64,000 nt of DNA from Raillietiella orientalis (taxonomy: Eukaryota): the NCBI GenBank assembly GCA_036172245.1, contig JAYWIR010000008.1:4154001-4218000 (forward strand), given 5' to 3'. The stretch's first letter is position 1. Each line of letters begins with the position of its first letter. Under the pieces are notes generated by a model. The model did not search any database, was not told where the DNA came from, and was given only the letters and a program-made list of their open reading frames with translations. Below are positions 36,501 through 49,317 of the stretch, piece after piece. Both the position numbers and the translations under genes were made by a program.

Positions 36501-39500
36501 TGCTCCCGTTCCCCCCTCCTCCTGATGCCCTCTGCCGCCTCCCGCGTGCATCCGGCCGGGAAGCCAGCGCTGCTCGCGTGCCTGAACCGCGACCGGGCAG
36601 CCGGCGGCTCCAGGCTCTTCCGATCGGCCGCCCTGCCTCGGCGCAGCTCCGCGCCTCGTTGGTCCACACCTGCCTGCCGATTTTGCGCTGGAATCTCCCG
36701 CTCTGTCTTGACGCTGTTCACCTTCGTTCCACCGCTTATACGTGGTCACCTATTCCCTCCCCGCTACCCTCTGCAGCGGTTCCGTGCTTCCTTATCAACC
36801 ATTTCGACCCGAGACGGGAAGATGTCCACTTTTCTGCCTTCTCTTTTAGGATGCGTGAGCTCCGCGCCTCCATGCCTGATCTTAAGAGGCGCTCTTCCCC
36901 CCTCCCAATCAACTTCATTACCAGAATGATAATCGAAACCGACTTCATTTCACGGCCTTGGTTACAGATTACATGGATAATCTGCACACTCAATGCACCT
37001 GGTTGTTGCAACCAATAGTGTCGCATGTATCTCACAGGGTTATGCCCATCCTCGTTTTGCCTGATTTCTGCAGAGAGCAAGGAGCTAAATCTTTTCCCGG
37101 AGTCCTCAGCTACGCAATGCTCCTGAGGAATGCGATCCTCCCATCTGTGCTTACGGGGAATCTCTCCGACACAGAACCGCCTTTCGCAAAGGTATGGTGC
37201 AGTGACGGGACTGACATCGAAAAACCAGTGGTCAGTGGGCCGATCGATAAGCACGGAAAAAGTGCGATCGATACAGCCGCGAGAAACCAAAGCTCGTCCG
37301 CGTTCACCTGACTCTTAGTTTCTGCCACTGTGGACCGCTGCCGAAAACCAAGTACCACGGTGCGGATGGTTCCAGTGCACCGTGCCCCTCCGGCAGGCAA
37401 ATGCAAAAAACAGGGGAATCCCTGAGGCAGTTCGAGCCGACACTCCCAACCTCAGGGCACGACACTCGCCACTCCCTTCCCTTAAGAAACGAAGATTCGA
37501 AACCTCGAAACTTTTTTCAGAAAGCAGAGACGGACCACGGGCACAGAGCCACCGTGGATTCCTACGAACGAGTGGGGAGAAAACAGCCAATGCGTCCTCC
37601 AATGAGTTGGTAAAGGCAAAAAAAAACAAAAAAACGTAAATACAGCCTGCACAGGAAGGGAGGCAGCTGCCAGCCTGTCTCACCCGAGACCCCGGCAACG
37701 AACGCGTCGGGATGGGTCAGGAGCTGCTGCGCTGTTGTTACAAAATAAACACGTCCGACGCCCTTTCTAAACGATGCTCAAATTAAGAGCTCAATCGTTG
37801 GCAACCATGCGAATTAAAAACCAGTTTGTCAAATACTCGGCAATTACGCTGGCGTTTCAAACGATCGTAAACGCAAATTTCCCGTGAAAACCTCCGTGGT
37901 GGCGGACGCGCGTGCGTGTTCTTTCTCCGATCGTTTCGGAAAAACACTTCCTCCCCCCCCCCCCCCCCCCCACAGGAACGGACGTGAACCGAGGGGAATC
38001 GCAGGCACGAATGACGACGGAGCTACACTTTCTTCGGACGGCACCCGAGACCGTGGATGCTGCAGCAGCGCGGCTCTCGCCGGGCTGCGGGAAACGCATC
38101 TCCCACCCCGGGCACGGAGAGACGGGAAGCTGCTTCCAGCTGCACCCGCTGCAAGCGTCGCGATAAATCGTTCCCTCTTAAGCTCTGCTGCTTCTCTGAA
38201 AGCTCACGGAAGTGCAGATGACGAATAAACAAATGAGTGGGCCAGGTCCGAACGAGCATCAGCTTAAAGAGACTGGAACCAATCGATGGCGCAGCCCGGC
38301 CATCAACCAGGATGCCAAACAGGCCATCGCTTCCCGCAGCAAACAGCGGGCTCTCTCGAGATGAAAGCATCTCTGTGACCCGATGCCCGTTTTCAACCCA
38401 CTGCGTTCTCGAGGAATCGATCCGATCGCTTCAGATGAGCTGACCGACTCTTTCTATTTGGTTGCGTATCATCAACTGCGCGAAAGGAGAGGGGGAGGGG
38501 AGGTGAGGAGAAGAAATGCTTCCGTTCTGAGATGCGGCGGCACCAGTAGCAGAACCGTTGCACAATGGCACATGGCGGATCATTAGGATCCATTCTGCGA
38601 ACTTTTCCTGGTGGCTTAATTCACTGCATTTATCTTCAGTACCCGGAAGAAGAAGAAGAAGAAGAAAATTTTTTCCTCCCCCCTCCCCCCACTGAGAGAA
38701 AAGGACCCCCCGCTGAATGGATCTCACGCAATCCTGCGCCAAGTTCAATACCCTTCCTTCCAGGTGCAATGTGGGTGTCACGACTTCAGATCCAACGCGT
38801 GTGACGATAACTCTGCGGAAGGAATCATTTCCCGTGCCGAATGCAAAAGAGTATTTTGAAAAATATCGGATCACACCCCCGTTGAAAGGTAAACATTTGT
38901 GAAGGCACAACAAAAATATCCACAGCGAATTCCGCTCCCGCTTTATGGAATTTTGTGGTTACTGCATTAAAGGGAGTTCACCGATTTCGCACCCCAAGGG
39001 GTTCTTTCCGCACGCAAAGAAGGCGCGGTTCTTCCCGACGGCATGGTTTGCCGCAAAGACCACGTGACTCGAAAAAGTGGGGAGCCCTTCCCCGAAAGTA
39101 CATCTCTTGCCAAAGACGCCCGCAGTGCAAGGATTACCCCGAAACGCATACCGACATTCCGAAACCTTTTGTTTTGGAAAAAAGATGGCCCAGAAGGTGG
39201 GCGGGCCGTGGCACCGCTGCCACGCCTGCACCGATGAAGAAGTGTGCGCCGAGGTCTCCGAAAAGCTCCCGTGCGGCCTGGGAATGCCCGAAACGTATCC
39301 TACGGCGCTCGACTCCGGGCCGCCACGGATCCCGTGATAAAGTTTATTGATAGCCGACTTCTCCTCTTCCGCGAGGGTTTCCTTTTCCTTTCCAACTGCT
39401 TGCCCGGCTCGCTCCATTAGGTCCCGGGTGTGCCTCGTACGTTGAACTGCGAAAGGCATCCTCCCCGAAACGAAAGACGGTCCCGAATTCCCTCGGATTG

Positions 39501-40420
39501 ATTGACTGGTGGGTACTCCCACCAGACCTCACTCAGCTGTCACGCAACACACCTAGAAAGAGTGGTCACATTTGAGAAGCACTCAGTTTTGAGGATCCAC
39601 ACTTTGCTTCATCACTGCCGGAGAGGGCAGCAACGTCCTTCGCATTACAGACCGACCGCTGGAATTTTACTGGAAGGCAACTCGGCATGCTGGGACGATG
39701 GCAAGAGCCATTTCGGGGCCAACGGCATAATGATTTACAGATTCGCTCTTCTAAAGATAAAGCATGAAATCCGAGGAGGAACAACGGTGGGGCTGCAAGT
39801 GGGCTCTGCCGTTTGGAATTCTTAATTGATATGTGCGGGGCATTCATACGCCTTATAAAAACCGCACCGAAATCCAAAATATGCCTGTTATTAGTTTGTC
39901 ATCTCTGACGAGCACAGCAACGCGCTGCTCGAAGAAGTCAGAAGTCATTCGCGTTACTGCTTGTCGGTTTTTTGTCATTCTTTTGGATTCCAAGCATGCA
40001 TTATTACCGTTCCACTAAAATAAAAGAGTACACACTTCGAAAGAACATGCACTTCATGAAAGGATATATTATGCAACTGAATAACATTCCACACTGATCA
40101 GTACAATTGGTGCCGAACAATCGACTGCATCAAAACAAAAAAACAAAAAAAAAAAAAACTGGGCGGAAAAAATCAAACCAACGTAACACCGAATTAATAA
40201 AGCTGCTGAAAGCATTGCTTCATCCACTCAATTTTACTTTTTTTTTTTTTTTTTTCTCGATGGACTACATCAGGCAGCAAAACATGGCTCTTTCTCTGCA
40301 AAGTAGCAGGCCAACTTGTCAGTAGTGGAAACCAGGTACTATAGTAAAAAAATACACACACACACACACACACACACAACACTGCTTTTGGTGGCTCAAA
40401 TAGGTGGCAGAAGATTTCTT

Positions 40421-40426
40421 TTTATT
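40421..40426 (-). terminator. Candidate polyadenylation signal of ASPSCR1
   Basis: AATAAA on the minus strand about 95 nt after the inferred stop codon. Confidence 0.4.
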
Positions 40427-40521
40427 CAGCGACAATAAAAATGCTTTCCTAGGTAATCTAGAAAACCAGCTTTTTAGATCTTCCGGGTTATACTCAGACA
40501 AGCACACTCACACACATACTG

Positions 40522-42657
40522 CTACTCATACTTCAGTTTACCCTGCTGACTGTGGTGCCCAAGGTTCCCCATATGCTCTTGAAAAGACACTGCACTTTTT
40601 ACACATTCTTCCGTCAGATAATTCTCTCTTTTGTAATCACATCCAAAGTTTACGAGGGCAGCAGGTACACAGTCTGTTTCACTTAAACGACTCTCTGCAG
40701 GTAAAATTTTCTTAGGAGGACTAACATCTAAAATGGATTGGTGATTACTCCAGGCCTATTCTAGTGGATACGCACACAGATAGAAAGGAAGTTCAGGTTC
40801 TAAAAGAAACTGCCTAACAACTTCAATCACATCTTGCACACTACTTGTTGTAGGAAATGCTGTTTGCATTATGAGACACTTGGGAAATCGGATCCTAAGA
40901 ACAGTCCAAGGATGTTGCTCTTCTATAGGTATGTTTGCTTTTCCTTGCATTGCCTGAGTCATTAATGGCTGATTTTCCAATTTTTTTCTGTATATCCTGT
41001 TGAAACCGATTCATTTACTAATCTAAGAACTAACCTTTGATTAGTCAGATCCTGCATTAATAGTTTCATATCTTCTATATCCAAATCATAAAAATCATCT
41101 GGAAAGTCCAAAACTGGAAGACTTTTATCAGGATCCAGGTAGAAAAACTGCACTTTGCCATGCTAAAATGCAATGGAATATCCACAAAAAATAAACATAA
41201 AAAAAAAAGGCCTTACTGAATTTTCATTTATTTGAGCTCTCTGCACAGAAAAACTGGTTTTACTTGGAGCATGTGTTGAAGCCATTGCTGTCTGGAGAGT
41301 AGTGTTGCTTTCTTCCTTGCATGGAGCAATTGGAGTATAATTGGCTTGAGACTCTGGGTTTTCTTGTGATGACTTCTGAATATCTGATATGTCTTCATAG
41401 GTGGCCTCTGAACTAAATAACATGTTGCTGGCTTGAGGATCTTGGTCTTCTTGAGATGATATTGGAATATTTGATGTTGCCTCATTAATAGCCTCTGAAA
41501 CTTTGCTTTCATGATGAGGTTCCTTAGTCTCAATCTTAGCAATCATGGGTCTAATAGTCAAATCTTCTGTATATTTTTGTGAACTGAGATCTGATTGTTT
41601 TCTATGCAAAAACCTGTTGAACAATGTGATATAAAGCACAAATGAATATATGTTTACCTCAAGTTAGCACTACCGCAAGTCAAGCCTAATTTTCTTAATG
41701 TAGTCTGATTCAAGGAATCATTTCCTACCATCACTTGTCGCATATAAACACATATAAGAACTTCATCAGCATTATCCTGTTTAATGAGTTTGCCTTTTGC
41801 TTCCCAATGGTCAACAATATCCATAATACTCACTGGAGAAAGAAACATAATTACAGGAATACAAATAATAATAACTCACAAAATGCCAGTTTATATCCCT
41901 TATATAGTTCAATATGGTTGAATGTGCATCCTTTCGAATTTTATTAGCTTTTGTTAATGAAATTCAAATGAATGACTACATTTGCATGGTTTATATTTGC
42001 AACTCAGAACTTTCTATGGTTAATTAGTCAGACAAGAAATGAAACAATAATCATTGGGGGGGGGGGGATTTTTATGTGGGCAGTAATTACCATCTGGTTC
42101 AAATCTGTCTATAAGCCTTTCCCCATTTTCAAATTGAGTGCACACAGTAACTAACATGGACTGCCTTGCTAATTCATTTTTTTCCAATTCCAAGTGGGCA
42201 TTATTAGGAAGGTTGCAGAAGGAAACCGGCAAGCTCACATCAAGGATCTTCCCATTGTACCTAACGCAAAAAGGAGTGCATAATTCAAGCACTTCATTGA
42301 GGGTAAAATCAACCCTCCCCCCTCCGAGAAGAGAAAAAAAAAAAAAAAAAAACCGAAATCTTACGAATAAAATATGAAAAAAAAAAAAAAAAAGGAGAAA
42401 AACTACGAAGGCCTGAATTTTCGGATTTTTTCGGGTGCTATCAAAATTCGGGTGCTCCCTACGCACGCTTGCGGAGACGGAATCCGAGCGAGAAAGAAAC
42501 AAAAGCACTATCCATACTTTAATATGTACTGTTCAGAGTTTAGTTTTTGAACTTTGCAGACATCTTCCAAGACATGGAAAACACTCTTGTTGACATCCAC
42601 CCTGACGGACTTTCTTCTGTTGTTCGGGAACTGCACCTGGACGTTCATGTAGGACAT
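40522..42657 (-). CDS. ASPSCR1: Tether containing UBX domain for GLUT4 (ASPSCR1/TUG/UBXN9), ~475 aa, 7 coding exons
   Basis: Exons 42657-42518, 42260-42091, 41832-41658, 41613-41217, 41162-41035, 40987-40776 and 40727-40522 are all GT-AG and phase-compatible (1428 nt). Domains: N-terminal TUG-UBL1 (VQVQFPNNRRKSVRVDVNKSVFHVLEDVC...LDVSLPVSFCNLPNNAHLEL), TTLRKLGLTCGSANLR, the FPDDFYDL...KLENQPLMT motif, and a UBX domain (TVLRIRFP...FYLYVSPPK...DCVPAALVNFG). The last few codons are less certain. Confidence 0.93.
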
Positions 42658-45600
42658 GACGCTGGCAGCCTTGGCGCACGCACTGCGCCGAGCCGCCACC
42701 GAATGACGGCGGCTCCTGCAGTTTTGCTACGCCGCCCACGGCTCTCCCCTCTATTTTCCAGTAAATTAGGGCAGCTTTTGCTCGAGGTGGACTCCCGATT
42801 AGCATAATGACTGACATTCGATCAAGTTGTCGATTTGGAATTCACGGGACTGAGATTCTGGGAAAGAAAAAAAAAAAAAGAAAAAAGAAAAACGTTCTGG
42901 TAAACCCTCAACATTCGAAGCACTTTCCTTCAGGGTTGAGAATCGAAATTCATAGCGGTCTTTCGGACTTTCTATGGCCTCTAGGGATTGGTTTCTTTCT
43001 TTCTCGTTGAGAAGGAAAAGAAGAAGAAGAAAAAAAAAAAAAAAGCAAAATGACCATTTTGTGGGAGACACGCGGTATGAGTAAAGATGCCGAAACTGAC
43101 ATAGAGTATGCAACAACAAATAGACAGTAGAGAATGAAGGCAATATCTAAGGAATAGGGCCATAAGGAGCATTTCCTCTGTGGGTGAAACGAGCATGTTC
43201 CCTAAGTGAAAAGCACACGAATTTTCTCCATCTAATTTCTACATAAACTTTGCAAATTTCATGGGACTGTTTCCGATACTCACGAAAGCTTCACAAAAGC
43301 ACTTGCATATGCTTCTCAAAAAGGTGAACGACGTTTTACAAGACCTCAGCTTCCCCTAATTTCCCTTCTATGTTTGCCATCACTTCAATGTAATATGTAA
43401 CGTATTACATTGAAGGTCTTACGAGTCTTACGAGACCTTACGAGGGGGCCGTTATTTACCTGCCTCACATGAACGGTTTTTAAAGAAACTTTATGGCGAC
43501 ATCCGGTTAGCTGCTGTGTGATTACGTGAGATTGAGATTTCCAGAGAAGTCGCAACGACCTTCCTCATCTTTCGGAGGAAGAGAAGATGAACGAAGGATG
43601 ATCCGAGTTAACGTGAAACTGCCAGCCGCAATGCCCGATCAAGCTCAACACGAGCAAGATCGGTTACTAAAACACGCGTGGTATTTGCGACTCCATGCGA
43701 ATTTTGTGGCCAACTCGTTCTGGTCCTCTTCTGCTTCTAATTTTCAGGATCCTTTAGTCTATCAGAAGTGAGACGGTTTCCGGTCAGTGAAAAATGCACG
43801 AGAGTATGCGAGCTCAGAATTTGTAATGGCACGTATGGTGGAGTATGTGTACCACCAGAGCAGGTGTGAGAATAGGTACGTGCTTTTCTTTTCTTACTGA
43901 CAAATAAGACGTTAAACTTAGGAAAAGCTTTTGCTTTTCTTGTATTTTTGTGTTCATAGCTGTTCTCCGACGTACTGCTCGCTGACAACTGTTTGAACGA
44001 GATCCCGAAACACATCTCAAGTGCTGACTCGAGTCCACTGTTTCCAAAGGTCTCTAATAGAAGATTCATTTTTGTGGAAGCTATCCAGACTTTTTCCTAT
44101 AAGCTTCATTCTTTAGAGATCATGAGTCTTTGTTTTAGAGACGCTCGATTCTCAAGAAGAGATGAGAGCTCGATGAGACCTCTGTAGAATCTCTGGCTCC
44201 GCTGTTCGCCAACTCGAAAGTCTCCACGTGAAAATGTGCAAGTGTAAGAAACTTTGATTTTCCTTTTCTTTTCTCCCTCCCAAGGTAACCAATCTGTGCT
44301 TCTTTCGTTTTCAGGGTTGATTCGCTCTCAGCCCTCCAAGATACTGGAGCACCCATGGTTACTTGGCTGGGCCCGGGGAAGTCGCACCCGAACCAGCATG
44401 GTCACGAAACGATGCGGCGTTGTCTCGAGATCACCTTGCCACTGGAATGGCCACGTATTGCCATTTCGAATGATGAGCCACTTCTCAAGAGAATTTTTCA
44501 AAATGCTCGAGGACTGGCTAGATCGCTCAAAATTCCACAATTTCCAGCAGCTTCGATCCATCATCTACGACGGAACATCGAATCGTGGAGCAACGCAGAC
44601 CAGAGCGCCTCGTTCCTTCCATTCCGGGAGTCCTCACTTGCCGATCGAATTGTAATTCCAGTCTCTGTGACTGGGAGCAGCTGGGAAAGACGGGCAAACT
44701 TTCAATGGAAGGAGAGAAGAGATTCCGCACTCCTCCTTTCACCGAGCGGGCGCCCGCTTGTGGACCTCAGATGCCATCGCGGCGGTGGCGGTCGCTTAGG
44801 GCGCTCTTGGGCATCGGAACGTCGTAACGGAAGCGCTCGAGGTGCGAGGATCTGCACGCAGCTTGCCGCCGCCGTCGCCACGGAGGACTGCTGACCGAAA
44901 GTCCGTCGTGTTTCGTGCGGCATGCCGCTGGGTTCCGAAGAAAGCAAGCCGAGCCGGAAAGGTCATCCCGTCCCCTTCGCGCTCAGCCTGCGGTTGCCGC
45001 CGCCGCCGCCGCATCGCGCGCTCTCATTAAAGCCAGCGCCGAGATGCCGATCGCTGGGAGACGCGCATGGGGCTTCTCTTCCTCGCGGTAGTCCTGGAAG
45101 CGGGTGGCGTCGGCGACTGCTGCAGCTGCTGCAGATGGTGCAGGGGAGCAAGGGAGGCGGGGAGGCGGATGGAAGTGGGCATCTCCTCCGAAACAAATTC
45201 CGGGTCACCTCCGCGGACAGCTGCAAGGCTTTCCGTCCTTGCGGAGGAGGTCCCGGGACCTCCTCCGCAAGGACGAAGAGAAACTAGCCCCGTAGGCGAA
45301 AGAAGAGTCTCTTCCTCTTCTCGGGAAGAGAGTCAGGCAGGGACGAGGACGAGGGCAGTGAAGTCGGCCAAAAGCCAAGAGTGAGCTGCTTCCCCTTTCC
45401 TCTCCGGAGTGCACCCATGGTAAGTGGTGGCCATGGACTCACAGCCGCAGCATCTTACCAGGAAAGTTCACCGGGAACAGGAACTCCTCCTGCCATTCTC
45501 CGAGGAAGGGAAATGTCGGGATTCCGGGATGACTGACTCTCCACCCTCCACCTCCGTCTCGTCTCCTCTGAGAGCGCGATTCAGGCTGCAGAGAGAACTT

Positions 45601-48600
45601 CCTTCCTGTTCTTTGCCCTCTCCTAGTCGGGAGGAAGGAAGGAAGCGAGCGAGGCGAGCTTCCCCTCCGACGGCGTCGCCCGGGTTTCTCCGGTGCCCGC
45701 ATCAAACTCCCTCTTCCCGGATATCCTGAAGTCTCCCCTCCTATCCTATTCGAACGCTGAGATCTGGACAGAGGGGGGAGTGTCCGGCGTCCGGCTTTCC
45801 TGCTGCCTGGTCACCCAGCCGGAGGCGGCGTTCGGCCTACCCGAGCTCTCCACGGAGGCGGCACTAGAAGACCTTCGCGCGAACCTGTGGGGGAATCCCC
45901 GAGCGGAAACTCCCGCGAGCGGCTGCAGGAAGCGGATTCCGGATGGGAAGTGCGGGCGAAAGGGCTCGAGGGCTTCGCGAACTCTTTTTCGGGAATGACT
46001 GCTGAGGACCGCCTGCTGACTTTCGAGCTCCCGCAGGTGGGTTCGTGCGAGCGCACCCGCCTCTGCCTCTTCCACTACATTCCTTCATCCTCCTGGGAGA
46101 CTTCCGAATGATCCTCTTCATCATCGGGGTGGACAGGAAGGTGGGTGTGTCGGTCGCTGAGGAGGAACTGGACGGCCGACGTTTCCGAGAGTGGTGGAGC
46201 GCCTTCTTCCCTCCCTCCCGTGGACTTTGCTGGAGTCCTGGAGGTGGGAGACGCCTTTTGCAGTCCCCTCCCCCCTATCCCCTTTCTGACTGCCTAGGTC
46301 GGTAGCCGAAGCAGAGGGTGCCGATCCGAGAGAAAGAGGGAGGGGACGCTGGACTGGGCGAGCGAAGCCAAGGCAGCTGGGCCAGCCGCATCCGCGAAAC
46401 GCTAGCAGAGTGGGAACTAGGGCTGGAGGTGGAGGGGGGGAGGTCACAGAACGGCTCCTCGTGCTCCTCTACTCCAACAAGACCGGAGGAAAGAAGTGGA
46501 GGATCTCCAGGGAGCGCTGCTCCTGCTGCAGAGGTCTCCGGTCCGACTGCCGGCCCTTTCCTACGAGGGTGCTTCGCCCACCTTCCCCGTTGCGGGGTCT
46601 TTCTAGTTCTGGTCCGAATAGCCTCCTCCTCCTCCTCCTCCTCCTCCTTCCCTTCAGGAGCAACCGCGGCTTTGGGATGGTCCGGAGTGAGAACTCCTCA
46701 AGGAAAAGATGGAGGTGAAGGAAGGGAGCTCTCTCACCTGCGTGCACACGCCGGAAGTGGCAGCGGCAAGAGGAACAGATTCTCCCTTTTTGTCTTCCTG
46801 GCTTCGCCTGGCCGGCCACCGGTTTCAACACCATCAAAAGGGGGCAGGGAGGAGAAGATGGAATGGAGAAGAAAAGGGAAGGAGGAGAGGGAGAGGAAAG
46901 GATGAGCAGCAGGAACGGGTGAGCGTCATTGTGAACATCAGTCCGGGAACGACGCTCACGTCCCATTGGAGAGAGTGGCAAGGAGAAACTCGGGTCCAGT
47001 GGGGCCTTCCGATTTAGAATGGTTATCCTCAGAGGAGAGTAGGGAGGGGGAGAGAAGCAGGGGAACGGGAGAGTGTGGATGCTCCCGGGAGCAAAGTCAG
47101 CAACAGAGGTAGAGAGGTAGGTGAGTCGGTGGATGGGGTGAGGCGGCTGTGCGCTCCTACGAGACGCGTTAGAGGGAAATCCGGCGCAAGGAGTATGGTA
47201 GGGGCGACGCCACCAAGAAAGGGATTGAGAGGGAGTGGCTACAGGCGGACGAAGGGAATGTATCTTCCATCTCATAGCGCGACCCTTTTATGTCCTGGGG
47301 GATATTCGACAAAGTCCGCCGCAGGACTTCTCGAGCTCCCGCTCCCGTGGTAGGCGAGGTCCGAGGAGCGTCATGCATCCTCTTCCTCCTTCTGCCTGCC
47401 TGGAAAGATCCTGCATGCTTGTGCGCGACGATATCACCCGCCAGAGAAGGACACCCCCCTTACCTCTTCCTTCACGGGGCGCGGGTCCCTCCTGGGGGAG
47501 GAAGCTGCCCACTCCTTCCCCCTCACTGGTGCGCTGCCGAGTGCCTCCGCGCCGGAGGCGCCGAGCGTCGAGCGGCGGGTGGAGCAAGCGGGACACGGAT
47601 GCCCCACGGGGAGGAGGCAGCTGCTGGAGGGGAAGTGGGGGGAGGAAGCCTGCAGCATCACCTGCCCACTTCTGGTGACTCTCTCAGTCACCCCTCGGTG
47701 ACTAGGAGCCGCGAGTGCCGCCAACCCTCCGTGAGCGAGCACTCGTGGGCGCTAAGCGACCGACTCCCGCCATCACATCCGACTTCTGCGGAGAGGAAGC
47801 TCGGAGAACGGAGAGCCGCCGCTAGAGGGTGGACGGAGAGGGGGAAGGAAGGAGAAGGTTTGGCGTCTTTTCTCCTCCTCCCTCTTCCGTGGGGCGCACC
47901 CCACAAGCGTGGACCGGTGCACCTCCTGACGCACCTACGGGCTGAGCCCACGAGTCGCCCACGAAACTCTTGCCTCGAAGGAGGCGACCAGTAGAGGAGA
48001 CCTGCAAGAAGACCCTGACGCGGGCCCAATAGAAGAATCCCCACTGGCTGCTCCTTCGCTGCTGCCTGAGAGACTATCGAAAGGGTGCATCTAGGAGCAC
48101 GGAGGGAGCTCATGAGCCTCCTTGCTCTGGAGATGCACCCCTCGGTCAGGAAGGAGGGGATTGGGGAGGGAGAGGAACGAGGAGGGGCAGGAGAGGTCAT
48201 CCCGAAGGGGAGAGTTTCGGGGATAATCTCTGGAGTCCTCGGACACGGGAGAGAAGCGCGCGGTTGCCTCCCACGACCTGGAGGGACCACCTTAAGAGGG
48301 AGAGAAGGGTCTCGCCCCTTCTCCTGAGAGGAAGAAAGGGGAAGGGGAGGTCGTGCGAAAACCATGTGTCCCCTCGTCCGTTCTGGTGAGCCTGCGTGTC
48401 TGGTCATAGGGAGGTGACTTCTGCGGAGCCACGGGTCGCGGGATGGAGGCGGCTCTCCCTTCACCACAACACCTCCCCCTCCCCAGGCCTCCCTAGGAAC
48501 CGATTCCCCGGAGGAAAGGAAGAAAGGGCCAGCACCCACCCGTTCCAGGAGACCTGCTGGCCCGTTCCGTCCCCTCCTACCCTGGAGGAATCAGGGAAAA

Positions 48601-49317
48601 AGGGGACGCCCGAGAGGGACGTCCGCAGGATGCCTGGGCGAATGTGCGCGCACATCCGTGCCACCTCTTCCTCCTCCTCCTCCTCCTCCGCGCGCACCTG
48701 CAGCCCGCCGGGCTGGTCGCGGCGGACGTTCGCGACGTCGTGCGCGCGCTCCGGCCAGAAGCAACCCGCCTCGCGCGCAGGAAGTGCGTCCGTCCGAGTG
48801 CGTCCGGCAGCGGGTGAAGTGCGAAGCCAGCGGAGGAGGGCAAGCCCGCCGGGGGCCAGCAGGTCTCCTGGAACAGGTGAGCGGTGGCCCTTCCTTACTT
48901 TTTTCAGGGGGATCGGTCGCTAGGGAGAGTACAGGGAGGGGGCAGGGGTGTGGGGTGGCGGGAAGGGAGAGCCACCTCCCATCCCGCGACCCGTAGCTCC
49001 GGTTTGCTGGCGACTGCTTCTTCGGAGAGGGAGATCCGACGAGTCCCTTGGGTCATGTCGCAGGCCAGTGCTGCTTCGAAAGCAGGCAAGGTGGCTCTAA
49101 GCAGGGACGAGGGAGTCATCACAGAGGGGGAGGGGGAAGAGGTGAGCAACGTTGGGGAGAAGGGATTGAGGAGAGGAGTGTTGTTTTCACGGGACGGTGC
49201 CTTTGGCTGGACTCTCGCGTTTCCGTGGCGACGTCGATCTCCGCGAAGTTCGGTCTGGGAGCCCGTTTCTCCCTCACCTCCTTCCCCTGCCTCCTCCTTT
49301 CCCTCCCCCACCCCTTC

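Noticed and set aside
36990..37320. Minus-strand CDTIGCN resembling a Ly6/uPAR C-terminal motif
   Set aside because: Flanked by in-frame stops, and the other Cys residues and splice sites do not fit.
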